Source: an uncultured Poribacteria bacterium (GTDB lineage Bacteria; Poribacteria; WGA-4E; WGA-3G). Taken from it: a stretch of 64,000 nucleotides of DNA. The notes beneath the pieces were generated by a model. The model was not told where the DNA came from. It searched no databases and saw nothing but the letters and a program-made list of their open reading frames with translations. Made by a program: the position numbers and the translations under genes. This document shows positions 39,537-49,967 of the stretch, piece by piece; the first letter of the stretch is position 1, and each line of letters begins with the position of its first letter. Location of the stretch: positions 4,717,506 through 4,781,505 of the forward strand of contig OX638351.1 in the NCBI GenBank assembly GCA_951813565.1, written 5' to 3'.

Positions 39537-42362
39537 TTATTTCGCGTCCATCCAATTATCCCCGATACCTGTTTCCGTGCGAAGTGGCACACGCAGTGTC
39601 AATGCGTTTTCCATTTCTTCTGATACAATTGCAGCTTGTGCTTCTGCCAATTCATTCGGTACTTCAAGAATAAGTTCATCATGGATTTGCAATAACATCT
39701 TCAAAGGCAACTGATCTTTGTCAATTCTGTGTTGGACTTTGACCATAGCGGCTTTTATCAAATCTGCTGCAGTGCCTTGAATAACAGTGTTAATAGCTAA
39801 CCGTTCCCCCAAACTTTGCCTGCTCTGGGAATGTTCAAAGATTTCAGGGATAGCACGGCGCCGACCCGTTAATGTAGCGACATAACCTTGCTCTAATGCT
39901 TGTTGAACGCAGTTTTGGAAAAACACGTTGATACCCGGAAACCGTTCTTTGTAATTTGTAATCAATTCCCTCGCTTCATCTATATTCATCCCCTGAATTC
40001 TGCGTGCTAATCCTGAGGGTGAAACACCGTAGATGATACCAAAATTGACGATCTTTGCTTTGTCTCTGAGTTCGCGGGATACGTCTTCTGGCGGCACCTT
40101 AAATACTTCTGATGCAACCGATGTATGAATATCTAAATCTTGTGTGAATATCTCCGTCAGTTTCGGATCTTCACTGAAATGTGCTAATACACGAAGTTCA
40201 ATCTGCGAATAATCTGCACAGATTAACTTATGCCCATCCGGTGCTATAAATGCGCGTCGCAACTGACGTCCGATTTCTGATCGGACGGGAATATTCTGTA
40301 GATTTGGACTGTCAGATTTTAATCTGCCGGTGGCTGTCGTCAATTGATAGAGGTGTGTGTGTATCCGTTTTGTCTGTTCATCAACTGAATGGCGCAGCTG
40401 CCCAAGATAGGTGCTTTGTAGATTACGGCATTGACGATATTCAATAATTAGACGCGGTACACACGTTTTCGGATTATTTATGTCCTCTTGTGCAGCAAGT
40501 GCTTCAAGAACATTTACATCGGTTGAATTTTTCCCAGTTTTGGTGCGTCTGACGGGTTTGAAACCGATGTCATCAAACAATATTTCTGCCAACCTGCTTG
40601 GTGAATCTATATTAAAGGAATAACCGACTAACTCGTGTATCTCTTTTTCGCGTTCATTCACGAGTTTTTCCACCACGCTGGTCTGCCTTTTCAATTCCTC
40701 AGTATCACATACGATACCGTTAAACTCCATCAAGGCAAGCACTGGACCCAGCGGGGATTCTATTTCTCTAACCAATTCATCGGTTTCGGTTTCCTCAAGT
40801 TTCGGTTTGAAATAGTGGTAGAGTTGAAGGACAATATCAGTATCCTCTGAAGCGTATTTTGTTACCACCTCAAAGGGAATTTTATCTATTGATGTGGAAT
40901 CTTCATCACCAATCAAGTCTGAAATCGGAATCATCTTATGGTTTAAGTGCAGTAGTGCGAGATTATCCAGATTATGTGAGGGTTGCCTTGGATCTACAAG
41001 TTGGCTTGCCAACATTGTATCAAAAACAACGCCGTTCAGTTGAACACCGTGCCGAATAAAGATACTTGCATCAAATTTCAGGTTGTGCCCACATTTTGGC
41101 AATTCCGGGTTTTCCAAAATCGGTTTGAGTTTGGAAATGACCGTTTCCTGATCCAAATGTTTTTCAGGATTAGATGAGCGGATAGGCACATAGACCCCTT
41201 GCTTCGGTTCCCATGAAAAACTTATACCGCACAAGGCAGAATTACGATACAAGCCATCTGTTTCTGTATCTACAGCGATAATCGGTTGTGTTTCAAGCGT
41301 TTCAACAAGGGATGCCAATTGCGCTTCCGTAGTAATAGCAGTGTAGTCGCCAGATTCTGCAGTTGTGTAATTTCCTTCTTCCAAGATGGCTTCTTTTTCC
41401 TGCTCCATCGCCTCCAATCGTTCTTTTCTGGTGGTTTGAACATCAGTTTTGACTTGATCGGATGTCGTGTTTCCTGCAGCAAGATCAGCGACAGGTTTTT
41501 GATAACGTTTGAGTTCCAGTTGTTCAAACAAAGGATTGATTATGCTGAGATCGGGCGGTTTGATGCGTGCTTGTTCCAGCGAGAAATCCAGTTCTGCATC
41601 ACGCTTAAGTGTTACGAGTTGTTGGGAAAGTGAAATATATTCTTGTGCTTTCTCTAAATTCTCACGCCGCTTGCCCTTAATCTGGTCTATATTCGCGTAG
41701 ATATTCTCAAGTGAACCAAACTCTTGGATCAACTTAGCAGCAGTTTTCAAACCGATTCCTTCAACCCCGGGCACATTGTCGGATGTGTCTCCCATTAAGG
41801 CGAGCGTATCAATAACCTGATCAGGCGTAATTCCTTTATCTTCCATAAGCGACGCAACATCAATTGTTTTTTCCTTGCGGATGTCAAACATTGTAACTCG
41901 GTCGCAGAGCAATTGCTCAAGGTCTTTGTCTTTAGAGATAATGCGGACATGGACATCTTGTGTATCAGGTGAATCCAATATGAGTTGTACAACAGAGGCA
42001 ATAATATCGTCTGCTTCAAGTTCCGGTTTACCCATCACAGGAATTTGAAAAGTTTCAAGTATCTGTTGAATGCGGGGGATCTGTGTAACAAGGTCGTCTG
42101 GTGGCGTCCTACGATGCCCTTTGTATTCCTCGTACATTTCGTTTCGGAAGGTGTCGCCAGGCATATCAATAGCAGCGACAACATATTGGGCTTTGTAATC
42201 GGATAATAGCTTGATAAGCGTCCCAACAAAGCCGAATATAGCATTGGTAGGTTCGCCTGTAACAGAACTCACCAATCTGGTTTGAATAGCATAATAGGAT
42301 CGAAAAATCTCAGCAAGTGTATCAATAATATAGAGCGTTTTTGGATTCTCGTTTGGTGTCAT
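39537..42362 (-). CDS. polA: DNA polymerase I
   Basis: 941 aa; N-terminal 5-prime nuclease domain, central 3-prime-5-prime exonuclease-like domain, polymerase motifs A (LICADYSQIELR) and B (RDKAKIVNFGIIYG), and HDE motif C. Confidence 0.95.
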   Translation of the reverse strand: MTPNENPKTLYIIDTLAEIFRSYYAIQTRLVSSVTGEPTNAIFGFVGTLIKLLSDYKAQYVVAAIDMPGDTFRNEMYEEYKGHRRTPPDDLVTQIPRIQQILETFQIPVMGKPELEADDIIASVVQLILDSPDTQDVHVRIISKDKDLEQLLCDRVTMFDIRKEKTIDVASLMEDKGITPDQVIDTLALMGDTSDNVPGVEGIGLKTAAKLIQEFGSLENIYANIDQIKGKRRENLEKAQEYISLSQQLVTLKRDAELDFSLEQARIKPPDLSIINPLFEQLELKRYQKPVADLAAGNTTSDQVKTDVQTTRKERLEAMEQEKEAILEEGNYTTAESGDYTAITTEAQLASLVETLETQPIIAVDTETDGLYRNSALCGISFSWEPKQGVYVPIRSSNPEKHLDQETVISKLKPILENPELPKCGHNLKFDASIFIRHGVQLNGVVFDTMLASQLVDPRQPSHNLDNLALLHLNHKMIPISDLIGDEDSTSIDKIPFEVVTKYASEDTDIVLQLYHYFKPKLEETETDELVREIESPLGPVLALMEFNGIVCDTEELKRQTSVVEKLVNEREKEIHELVGYSFNIDSPSRLAEILFDDIGFKPVRRTKTGKNSTDVNVLEALAAQEDINNPKTCVPRLIIEYRQCRNLQSTYLGQLRHSVDEQTKRIHTHLYQLTTATGRLKSDSPNLQNIPVRSEIGRQLRRAFIAPDGHKLICADYSQIELRVLAHFSEDPKLTEIFTQDLDIHTSVASEVFKVPPEDVSRELRDKAKIVNFGIIYGVSPSGLARRIQGMNIDEARELITNYKERFPGINVFFQNCVQQALEQGYVATLTGRRRAIPEIFEHSQSRQSLGERLAINTVIQGTAADLIKAAMVKVQHRIDKDQLPLKMLLQIHDELILEVPNELAEAQAAIVSEEMENALTLRVPLRTETGIGDNWMDAK

Positions 42363-42599
42363 AAAATGTTTCCTTATGATTTATAGCAAAATTAAAACAA
42401 GTGGACTTCTACACTATAAATTAAAACGAAAAAACTTGTATTCTATTTCATTATAGTGGATTTTACAATTAACTGGACATTGTCACTTGGCACGGACAAA
42501 GTGTTCTACAGTTTTATGGTGAAACCCATAATTATTTTTATACTTTGGTTCATGTGTGAACTTCAAACACACCATGAATGTCCGAGGCGACAAGTCATG

Positions 42600-42900
42600 G
42601 TGAATACCATACGCGTATTCGCCCAAGTGCGCTTGGCGTTGATTTGGCAATGAATTGCGCTTGGTGAATGCGCCAAATCAAGAAATCAACGGTATGAATC
42701 ATGGCGAATCATGTAGAATACCAAAAGCGTATTCTACCAAGCGCATTCGTCTTTATACCAAATTACCCTAAATCGTAGGGGCGGGTCTCTGTGCCCGCCC
42801 TTACCATCGGCAGTGAAAACAATACAATTCTCGTTAATTTGGTATTAGTCATTCAGCGGGTATGAATGCCTTATGGCATTCCCCGTATGGCATTCACATT
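42600..42900 (-). repeat. inverted copy of a ~150-bp interspersed repeat (R-150 family), interrupted by a nested 89-bp MITE (42756-42844) that itself carries a REP hairpin
   Basis: Reverse-complement match to 57144-57300 and 48966-49126. The insertion has 10-bp TIRs TACCAAATTA/TAATTTGGTA, a TA/TTA target duplication, and encloses TGTAGGGGCGGGtctctgtgCCCGCCC. Confidence 0.75.
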
Positions 42901-43082
42901 AAACGCAGCAAACCTATAAAGAACTGTCCAAGTAATTTTAGATTTCACTATAATCAATAGAGCCATTCAGTTTTAGATTTTTCTTAACATTTTAGCATGG
43001 TCGCGAGCTGGAGCTCGTTCCTACAGGAAGAGGTTTTCGGTAGAAGAAAGAAATTACTGGAGAATTGAATGGCTCTGATGAG

Positions 43083-44177
43083 TCAAGATTTTGGATAATG
43101 CCATTTTCGTAGAGAATCAGATGCAGACAATCCTGCTTCTTGACCGAGGGCGAAGGCAGTCGCAATCAGGTTTCGCTCCCCAGAGATAATGTCTCCTGCA
43201 GCAAAAAGACCGGGAATCGGTTCACCGTTACTGTCTAACATCTGCATGTCCTCGTTGGCAATAATCAAACCCTCTTCATCTTTTTGGTAGTCCCATCCAT
43301 CCAAAAACTTAGTATTGGGAATTAAGCCTTCATCGACGAGGAAACCGTGAAAATATAACTCACTCCCATCAATCATCTCAAAACCGAGGAGATCAGTTTT
43401 TTCACCGATATGCCGCTTTATCTTTGTTTCAATAATATGGATGTTTCGCTCTTTAATCTGTTTGAGAATCGGAGGTGACATCCCGTGAGGTCGTCCATTT
43501 GTGAGGATAGTGATTTTATCAGTAAAATCTTGTGCCCCTATCGCTGCTTCATAGATATAGTCACCCACGCCGAGGAGGGCAAGATGTTCATTCACGTGCA
43601 AATGTCCATCGCAGCGGATGCAGACGTGCCAACCTTTCTTATTGCCAGCATAGCGAAACACGGTGGCGTACTGTTTATATAACCGTTCAGCATCGGGTTG
43701 AAACTCAATGTCGGGCCACTTATCGTCAAACCCCGAAGCAATAACGACGGTGCGAGATTTGAAATGTTCTATCTGCAGCGGGGAATCTTTCTTAAGAGTT
43801 GCTGTTGATGCCTCCAGTTCAAAAATACCTTTGTTTCGTGTTAGGCGGGTGAGGAGACCGTCCTTGATTTCAATGCCTGTTTTTCGGTGTTCTTCACCGA
43901 GCATGAACTGGACGACAGGGCGACTTTCCATCCACTTCATGAGTTCTTTGGCAAAGTGCGGTCCAATAATGCCGGGAAAAACCGGGGCATCCTCAATTTC
44001 AACCGACTTTGACCAATATGCTCTACCACGACTGAAACTTACCTTGCCGGAATGTAGCACCAACACATGCCGCATCTGGTGGCTTGCGGAAACCGCTGCT
44101 TGTGTGCCGGCAGGTCCGGCACCGATTACTGCCACATCGTAAATTGTTTCTACCATTTTTTGTTTCCCCTGAAACAT
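43083..44177 (-). CDS. FAD/NAD(P)-binding oxidoreductase (thioredoxin-reductase-like fold)
   Basis: 364 aa; N-terminal dinucleotide-binding YDVAVIGAGPAG; C-terminal GLFAAGD flavin-binding motif. Confidence 0.65.
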   Translation of the reverse strand: MFQGKQKMVETIYDVAVIGAGPAGTQAAVSASHQMRHVLVLHSGKVSFSRGRAYWSKSVEIEDAPVFPGIIGPHFAKELMKWMESRPVVQFMLGEEHRKTGIEIKDGLLTRLTRNKGIFELEASTATLKKDSPLQIEHFKSRTVVIASGFDDKWPDIEFQPDAERLYKQYATVFRYAGNKKGWHVCIRCDGHLHVNEHLALLGVGDYIYEAAIGAQDFTDKITILTNGRPHGMSPPILKQIKERNIHIIETKIKRHIGEKTDLLGFEMIDGSELYFHGFLVDEGLIPNTKFLDGWDYQKDEEGLIIANEDMQMLDSNGEPIPGLFAAGDIISGERNLIATAFALGQEAGLSASDSLRKWHYPKS

Positions 44178-44225
44178 TGCGTGTCAAAAATATGAATTGT
44201 CCAACTATAAAAACTACAATTTTGT

Positions 44226-45671
44226 TTACAATCCGTATTTTTTCCACCGTTCATTGACGAGTTCAATAATTTCGTCAGACATCTGAATTTCTGGGGGCCA
44301 TTCTCGGTGGTAACCTTCTTCTTCCCATTTCGTTGTGGCATCAATACCCATTTTTGATCCAGCACCGATAAGGGGTGCAGCGTGGTCAAGCACATCAACG
44401 GGACCCTCAACGATAGTAACATCACGTTTCGGGTCAACATTGCTTCCGACATAAAAAAGGACTTCCTCTACATTTTGAACATCAACGTCTTTGTCAACGA
44501 CAATAATAATTTTGCTGAACATCAGTTGCCCAAGTCCCCAAAAACTGTGCATAATCTTTTTAGCTTGGAAAGGATAACGTTTGTCTATTGAAATCAGGGC
44601 GAAGTTGTGAAATACACCAAATAGAGGCAGGTTCATATCAACAAGTTCAGGAAGTTGCGTTTTAATCAACGGCATAAAGATACGTTCGGTAGCCTTGCCC
44701 ATATAGCAATCTTCCATCGGCGGTTTGCCGACAATGATGGTTTGGTAGATCGGGTCTTTGCGGTGGGTAATAGCAGAGATACGGAAAACAGGATATTCCT
44801 CGGGCATGGAATAAAAGCCTGTATGGTCCCCAAACGGCCCTTCAATACAGGTTTCATCCGGTTCAATGAAACCTTCAATGATAATATCTGCATCGGCAGG
44901 CACCATCATATCAATCGTTTTTGCTGCCACCATCTCAACATTGGATTTTCGGAGGAATCCGGCAAACAGCAATTCATCAATCCCTGATGGAAGTGGTGCT
45001 GTGCCGATATAAGACATAATAGGGTCTCCGCCAATAGCAATTGCCACGGGCATCTGTTCCCCTGCTTGTTTATATTCCCGATGATGTGCTGCGCCATCGT
45101 GGTGAATCTGCCAATGCATGGCTAACGCATAAGGATTTAATTTCTGTAACCGATAGGTCCCAACGTTCCGTTGTCCAGTGTGTAAACTGTGCGTAAACAC
45201 TTGTGGTAATGTGATATATCTGTCGGCATCCATCGGCCAACATTTTATGAGTGGCAGCCTGTCCAATGAAGCGTCTTCGCCTGTTAGGACAACCTCTTGC
45301 GATGCGCCGCGTTTGACGGTTTTTGGTGGGAAGTTGGTGAGTTGTGATAGGATTCGGAGGATTTTGACTTTATCCAGAAGTGACTCAGGCGGACCTATTT
45401 TTATCATGCCTTCAATTTCGTAGGCAATGCGTGAAAGGTCATCTACACCGAGTGCCATTGCCATTCGCGTATAAGACCCGTAGGTATTGATGAGTAGTGG
45501 CATCTCACTACCTTCGACGTTTTCAAACAGCAGTGCTGGTCCACCTGCTTTGCTAATGCGGTCAGTGATTTCACTTATTTCAAGGTCGGGTGATACCTCT
45601 GTTTTAATACGTTTAAGTTCGCCTGCTCTATCAAGTGCCTTTACGAAATCTCTGAGACTGGAATATGCCAT
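44226..45671 (-). CDS. UbiD-family (prenylated-FMN-dependent) decarboxylase
   Basis: 481 aa; N-terminal LRDFVKALDRAGELKRIKTEVSPDLEISEI and overall UbiD architecture. Confidence 0.88.
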   Translation of the reverse strand: MAYSSLRDFVKALDRAGELKRIKTEVSPDLEISEITDRISKAGGPALLFENVEGSEMPLLINTYGSYTRMAMALGVDDLSRIAYEIEGMIKIGPPESLLDKVKILRILSQLTNFPPKTVKRGASQEVVLTGEDASLDRLPLIKCWPMDADRYITLPQVFTHSLHTGQRNVGTYRLQKLNPYALAMHWQIHHDGAAHHREYKQAGEQMPVAIAIGGDPIMSYIGTAPLPSGIDELLFAGFLRKSNVEMVAAKTIDMMVPADADIIIEGFIEPDETCIEGPFGDHTGFYSMPEEYPVFRISAITHRKDPIYQTIIVGKPPMEDCYMGKATERIFMPLIKTQLPELVDMNLPLFGVFHNFALISIDKRYPFQAKKIMHSFWGLGQLMFSKIIIVVDKDVDVQNVEEVLFYVGSNVDPKRDVTIVEGPVDVLDHAAPLIGAGSKMGIDATTKWEEEGYHREWPPEIQMSDEIIELVNERWKKYGL

Positions 45672-45817
45672 TTTTCAACCTTATGAAAGATATTTCACGG
45701 TCTATTTTATCACAAGGCTGGGTGAAATGCAACGACTTCTAACACCATCGTTGATGAATCGGTAGCTGGCATGGGGTAGTGAAGGAAGTGGAAAAGCCTT
45801 AAATTGCATCTGTAAGG

Positions 45818-47578
45818 TTATCTCTTTAAAATCTGTTTCAACCCTTCTTGATAGTTACGATTATTGGGTTCCAGTGCAATGGCTTTTCGGATAGCCACCT
45901 CGGCTGTGTGATAATCATCTTTCTGAAAGGCAATAAGGGCGAGCGTGTTATGATAACTTGCAACGTTCGGATTTAAGCGAATGGCAGTTTGAGCATACGA
46001 TGCAGCCGTTTTTAATTTTTCTCTACGTTTACTTTGTTTTTCATAAGTACTTGCGATCTTAGCATTGAGTTGAGCAAGGGCGTTATACGCTTTCGGCAAA
46101 CCCGATAAAAGATAGGCGGATTCGGCTTTATCAAAACTTTTCTGCTGTGCATGAAGTTCACCTATTAGATAGTACGTTTCGGGCAGAAACAAGGTTTTTG
46201 TAACCTGAGTCGGCCTGGAGACTTGGTAACTTTGTGCTATATCGACTGATTTTTGTAGTGTTGACAACGCATCTTCAGTTTTTTCTTGATGTGCATAGCA
46301 AACACCCAAATTGTGATATGCTTCTGCATTCTCTGGATTTAGTGTTATAGCTTTTTGATATGCTGAAGCTGCCTCTGCATACCGTTTTTGATTTAGCAAA
46401 ATTATGCCGATCTTTAGATGTGCCTCTAAAAACTGAGGATTCAACCTAACAGCCTGTCGGTAATTTTTAAGTGCGAGATCTACTCCGTTTTGCATAAGGT
46501 ATGCTAATCCGAGTCCAGCATAAGCTTCCGCGAAATCAGGTTGCAGTGCCAATGCTTTCTGTTGCGCCTCAATAGCATCTGAATACCTTTTAAGCATTGC
46601 ATAAGCAATTCCGATACCGTTATATGCCTCAATTCCTTGCAGATTGAGCGCGATTGCTTTTTCATATTCTTCAACCGCTTTTTTATACTGCTTATTTTTT
46701 AGATATAGCCTGCCGATGTTAGCGAGAATTCCGGCTCTTTGGGTTGGTTCAAGTGTGCGTTGCAATGCGCCGCGTAACTCCTGTATCGGTTTAACAACGA
46801 CTTTTTGTTTTTGGAACAGTTGCATCTTTTCGCGCGCAGCCTGTTTATTCCCATTTCGTCTATGGACTTGCGCAAGATTGTAGAGAGCTTCAATCAGTTC
46901 TGGGTCTTCCGAATAAGCGGTTTCATAGGCAGAGATAGCTTCTGTCAATCGATTCTCTTGTGTATAAAGTAAACCTAACTGATAGTGTGCTGATGCTAAG
47001 GTGGGGTCAATCGTGATTGCGTGCTGCTGATGTTTTATTGCTTCCGGGCGTTTTCCACGTTTGTTATAAATGTTCCCTAACCGGTGATGAATCATTGCAT
47101 CGTCAGGTTTTAGGTCATGTGCGGTTTTGTAGGCATTAAGTGCCTCATCGTAACGGTGCAGGCTTGCATACCCTGCACCTAAAGCTGCATGAATATGCGC
47201 CCACTCTGGCGCGTACTGAATAGCTTGCTGATATGCTTCAATTGCCTCATCAAACTTTTCCAATCCCGTATAAGCCAATCCTAATCCATAGTACGCTTCA
47301 GGGGACGCGGAATCCCGATTAGACATAGTGCTGACCGATGATATTACTTCACGATACTCGGCAACAGCTTGCATATAAGCCTCAACCTGAAGATAGACCT
47401 TCGCTAATTGCAACCGAATATCAACCCGTGTAGCATCTACAGCAAGTTGTTTCTGATAGGAATCAATCTGTGCTTTTAGCGTAGGGATTTCATCACTTTG
47501 AGACCGAACAGCAAGCAAGAGACAACATACTACGAAAATAAGCGCAATATGTTTCTGGAAGAAACTATACCGTTTCAT
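45818..47578 (-). CDS. secreted tetratricopeptide (TPR) repeat protein
   Basis: 586 aa; signal peptide; >12 TPR units (AEAYxxLGxxYxxxGxxxxAIxxYQKAL pattern). Confidence 0.85.
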   Translation of the reverse strand: MKRYSFFQKHIALIFVVCCLLLAVRSQSDEIPTLKAQIDSYQKQLAVDATRVDIRLQLAKVYLQVEAYMQAVAEYREVISSVSTMSNRDSASPEAYYGLGLAYTGLEKFDEAIEAYQQAIQYAPEWAHIHAALGAGYASLHRYDEALNAYKTAHDLKPDDAMIHHRLGNIYNKRGKRPEAIKHQQHAITIDPTLASAHYQLGLLYTQENRLTEAISAYETAYSEDPELIEALYNLAQVHRRNGNKQAAREKMQLFQKQKVVVKPIQELRGALQRTLEPTQRAGILANIGRLYLKNKQYKKAVEEYEKAIALNLQGIEAYNGIGIAYAMLKRYSDAIEAQQKALALQPDFAEAYAGLGLAYLMQNGVDLALKNYRQAVRLNPQFLEAHLKIGIILLNQKRYAEAASAYQKAITLNPENAEAYHNLGVCYAHQEKTEDALSTLQKSVDIAQSYQVSRPTQVTKTLFLPETYYLIGELHAQQKSFDKAESAYLLSGLPKAYNALAQLNAKIASTYEKQSKRREKLKTAASYAQTAIRLNPNVASYHNTLALIAFQKDDYHTAEVAIRKAIALEPNNRNYQEGLKQILKR

Positions 47579-47738
47579 AAGGCTTTCATTTGGACAATTT
47601 TAGTTAAAAGGGAGGCACTTCCTGATAGCTGAAAACGCCTCCCTTGGAATGAATATTTACAATGGCCGTTTATGGTGAACTTTGAAATTATTGGGACACA
47701 TTTTCTGTTCGAGCGATCTCCGAAGGCAGACTACGTGT

Positions 47739-48497
47739 TTAATTACTCTTAAGTGTTCCCCAGGTGACCGTGAGTTTTCCTTTGCTCTCAACAGGCAGTC
47801 CGTCAGCCGCAAGTTTTTTAATTTCGTCAGCACTTAGCGTCCGGTCATAAATCATGACTTCGTCAATTATACCTTTGAAATATCTGGCACCGCAGCATTC
47901 GTCCCATCCGAACTTTAAGTTCATCACTGTTTGCTCAATGTGGGGAATCTTATTTTCAGCGGAATCGAGTTTGCCATCTTCTCTGTGATAAATATAACTC
48001 GTCGCTTTATCGGGTTCAATTGCTATCGCGACTAATGCCCATTTATCTTGTGGAATATTAGGTGCCCCTTGCCAATTCCATGTCGTTGCGGCGTTATTAT
48101 TCCAAACATACGTCAAGGTGTTATTCGCAGCAACACCCAACCAGAAAGAAGCAGGATCACTTCGCCCCACAACAATACCAGACCAGTCGATCGTTTTCCA
48201 ACCATTGATTCGCGCAACCACCGTAATCGCGGTCGTAACCAACTTAAACTCGTTATCAACAACCGCATGAGCACCGGCGCCATCAAGTTCAAGAGCGCCA
48301 CCCATCCAACCGTCTTTGGTCCACTTTGCGCCTTGTTCCAAGGCAGCATCATGTCCATTGCCTGATTTATCTTTTCCATTACCATCCAGCGGCCAGTATC
48401 CAACAAGTCCATCACTCAGTCCCGCCGCAAAAGCAGCCACAGCCCAAAAACTAATGGTAACGACTAAAACCGTAATAACGCTCACTCTGTATTTCAC
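47739..48497 (-). CDS. secreted LamG-like / concanavalin-A-like lectin domain protein
   Basis: 252 aa; signal peptide; GYWPLDGNGKDKSGNGHDA..., typical of Laminin_G_3 jelly-roll proteins. Confidence 0.65.
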   Translation of the reverse strand: MKYRVSVITVLVVTISFWAVAAFAAGLSDGLVGYWPLDGNGKDKSGNGHDAALEQGAKWTKDGWMGGALELDGAGAHAVVDNEFKLVTTAITVVARINGWKTIDWSGIVVGRSDPASFWLGVAANNTLTYVWNNNAATTWNWQGAPNIPQDKWALVAIAIEPDKATSYIYHREDGKLDSAENKIPHIEQTVMNLKFGWDECCGARYFKGIIDEVMIYDRTLSADEIKKLAADGLPVESKGKLTVTWGTLKSN

Positions 48498-48617
48498 CTT
48501 TAACTCCTTTTATTGCTGATTGTATCAACCTCGATCTCCAGTGTGGATATATGAGATTTGATTTTGGTAGAGAAAACAGCGACAGATACTATCACACAAG
48601 CATCTCTATTAGCGCGT

Positions 48618-48733
48618 ATATGGTGAACTTTATAGTAAAACCCACAATTACCTGGACATTGGCGAGGTTAGGAAACCTCGCCAGCGCGAGCGTGTAGGGA
48701 TTGTTGTTGATTGAAATGTGAACATATTTTCGG
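48618..48733. repeat. second copy of the ~115-bp MITE-like repeat (see 26348-26460)
   Basis: TATAGTAAAACCCACAATTACCTGGACATTGGCGAGGTTAGGAAACCTCGCCAGCGCGAGCGTGTAGGGATTGTTGTTGATTGAAATGTGAACATATTTTCGGATTTTAC. Confidence 0.8.
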
Positions 48734-48965
48734 ATTTTACTATAAAATGGGACACATTTTCTGTCCGAGTGATCTCCGAATCGTGACCCAATCCACTGAT
48801 ACTTGGGAATCGGAGTTCCCTCGGACAACTGAAAATGTCGTGTTAATTCTAAAATTTACTATGCATGAATCAGTTAACTGAGGGGTGCGCATAAATAATT
48901 CCGATGTTAAATATGCGCTTAAAGGTAATAGGCACACGCCGTGGGTTTCCGTCCACAAGTTCAAA

Positions 48966-49126
48966 GAGGCGCAGCATGCCACACGGGGAATGCCATAAGG
49001 CATTCGGACCCGGTGAATGACTAAAGACGAATGCGCTTTTGGCATTCGCCATGATTCATACCGTTGATTTCTTGATTTGGCGCATGCTGCGTTGATTTGG
49101 CAATGAATTGCGCGACTACAAACGCA
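48966..49126 (+). repeat. R-150 family interspersed repeat (direct copy, with ~24-bp internal deletion)
   Basis: ATGCCACACGGGGAATGCCATAAGGCATTC...GATTTGGCAATGAATTGCGCGACTACAAACGC; matches 57144-57300. Confidence 0.75.
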
Positions 49127-49206
49127 TTTCTATAAATCAAGCGGTGCCTGGCGTCTGTCCCTGTCTGTGTTGATGCGCCAAATATTTATGCACACCCCTC
49201 AGGTAA

Positions 49207-49869
49207 CTAACGATCCCTTTTGATACCTCCCCAGGTTGTTGCTAATTTATTCAGCGGTTCTACTGGGGTGCCATCTCCTTCAATATCATCACCAGAAACC
49301 GTGAAGTCATCAAAACTTACCCCAGTTTCCCATCCCCAGACACCGACTTGGCCAGCACCATATACAGCATCAGCAAATTCACCTTGTTCTTCGCCATCAA
49401 TTGAGAGTGCCATGATATCACTCCCAACGCTAACTTTCATGTCATGCCATTTGCCTCTTTCAATTGTGATGTTTTTTCCTGGCAGTTGACCGATATTGTC
49501 GCGGGCGGTCCAACCACCTGTTTTGTGCCGCCAGAGTTCTGTTTTGTTATCCGGCACATTAAAATAAAAGACATAGTATTCCATTTCGCTTTTTGCGCGG
49601 AATGCAATGCCTGCCCAATTACCTTCATCAATGCGAACTTTCGCTTCAATTGTGTAGTCTGTCCAAGCGACATCACCAACGAGGGAATGTTCCGCTGCGG
49701 CACCCTTATTAAGCTTATAGATGCCGTCTTCTACGCTCCAGTTTCCATTAGCAACCTTCCAGTCGTCTGCACCAGAGTCAAAAGTCCATAATTGTGCACC
49801 TGCGAAACTGTTAGAGACAGACACTGCTATGAAGCAAAATCCGATCATAATCAAAAATAAACGTTTCAT
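49207..49869 (-). CDS. secreted DUF1080 (3-keto-disaccharide hydrolase-like, concanavalin-fold) protein
   Basis: 220 aa; signal peptide; WKVANGNWSVEDGIYKL...HSLVGD..WTDYTIEAKVRIDEGNWAGIAFRAK. Paralog of the next gene. AAAAGGAG SD. Confidence 0.8.
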   Translation of the reverse strand: MKRLFLIMIGFCFIAVSVSNSFAGAQLWTFDSGADDWKVANGNWSVEDGIYKLNKGAAAEHSLVGDVAWTDYTIEAKVRIDEGNWAGIAFRAKSEMEYYVFYFNVPDNKTELWRHKTGGWTARDNIGQLPGKNITIERGKWHDMKVSVGSDIMALSIDGEEQGEFADAVYGAGQVGVWGWETGVSFDDFTVSGDDIEGDGTPVEPLNKLATTWGGIKRDR

Positions 49870-49920
49870 TAATTCTCCTTTTTATCCATATAAACCCAGA
49901 CTCGCGTTGGGTTATTTCAA

Positions 49921-49950
49921 TGTGAAAAGCGCGCTGTCAAAGCGCGCCTC
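49921..49950 (-). terminator. Rho-independent terminator between the two DUF1080 paralogs
   Basis: Minus-strand GGAGGCGCGCTTTGACAGCGCGCTTTTCACA: GC stem plus T-run. Confidence 0.65.
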
Positions 49951-49967
49951 CAGTAATAAAGGGTTTC

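Noticed and set aside
42600-43080. Possible CRISPR array suggested by many short repeated palindromes
   Set aside because: The repeats belong to several different families. They are not regularly spaced and are not separated by unique spacers, and there are no cas genes. They are REP/MITE-type dispersed repeats.
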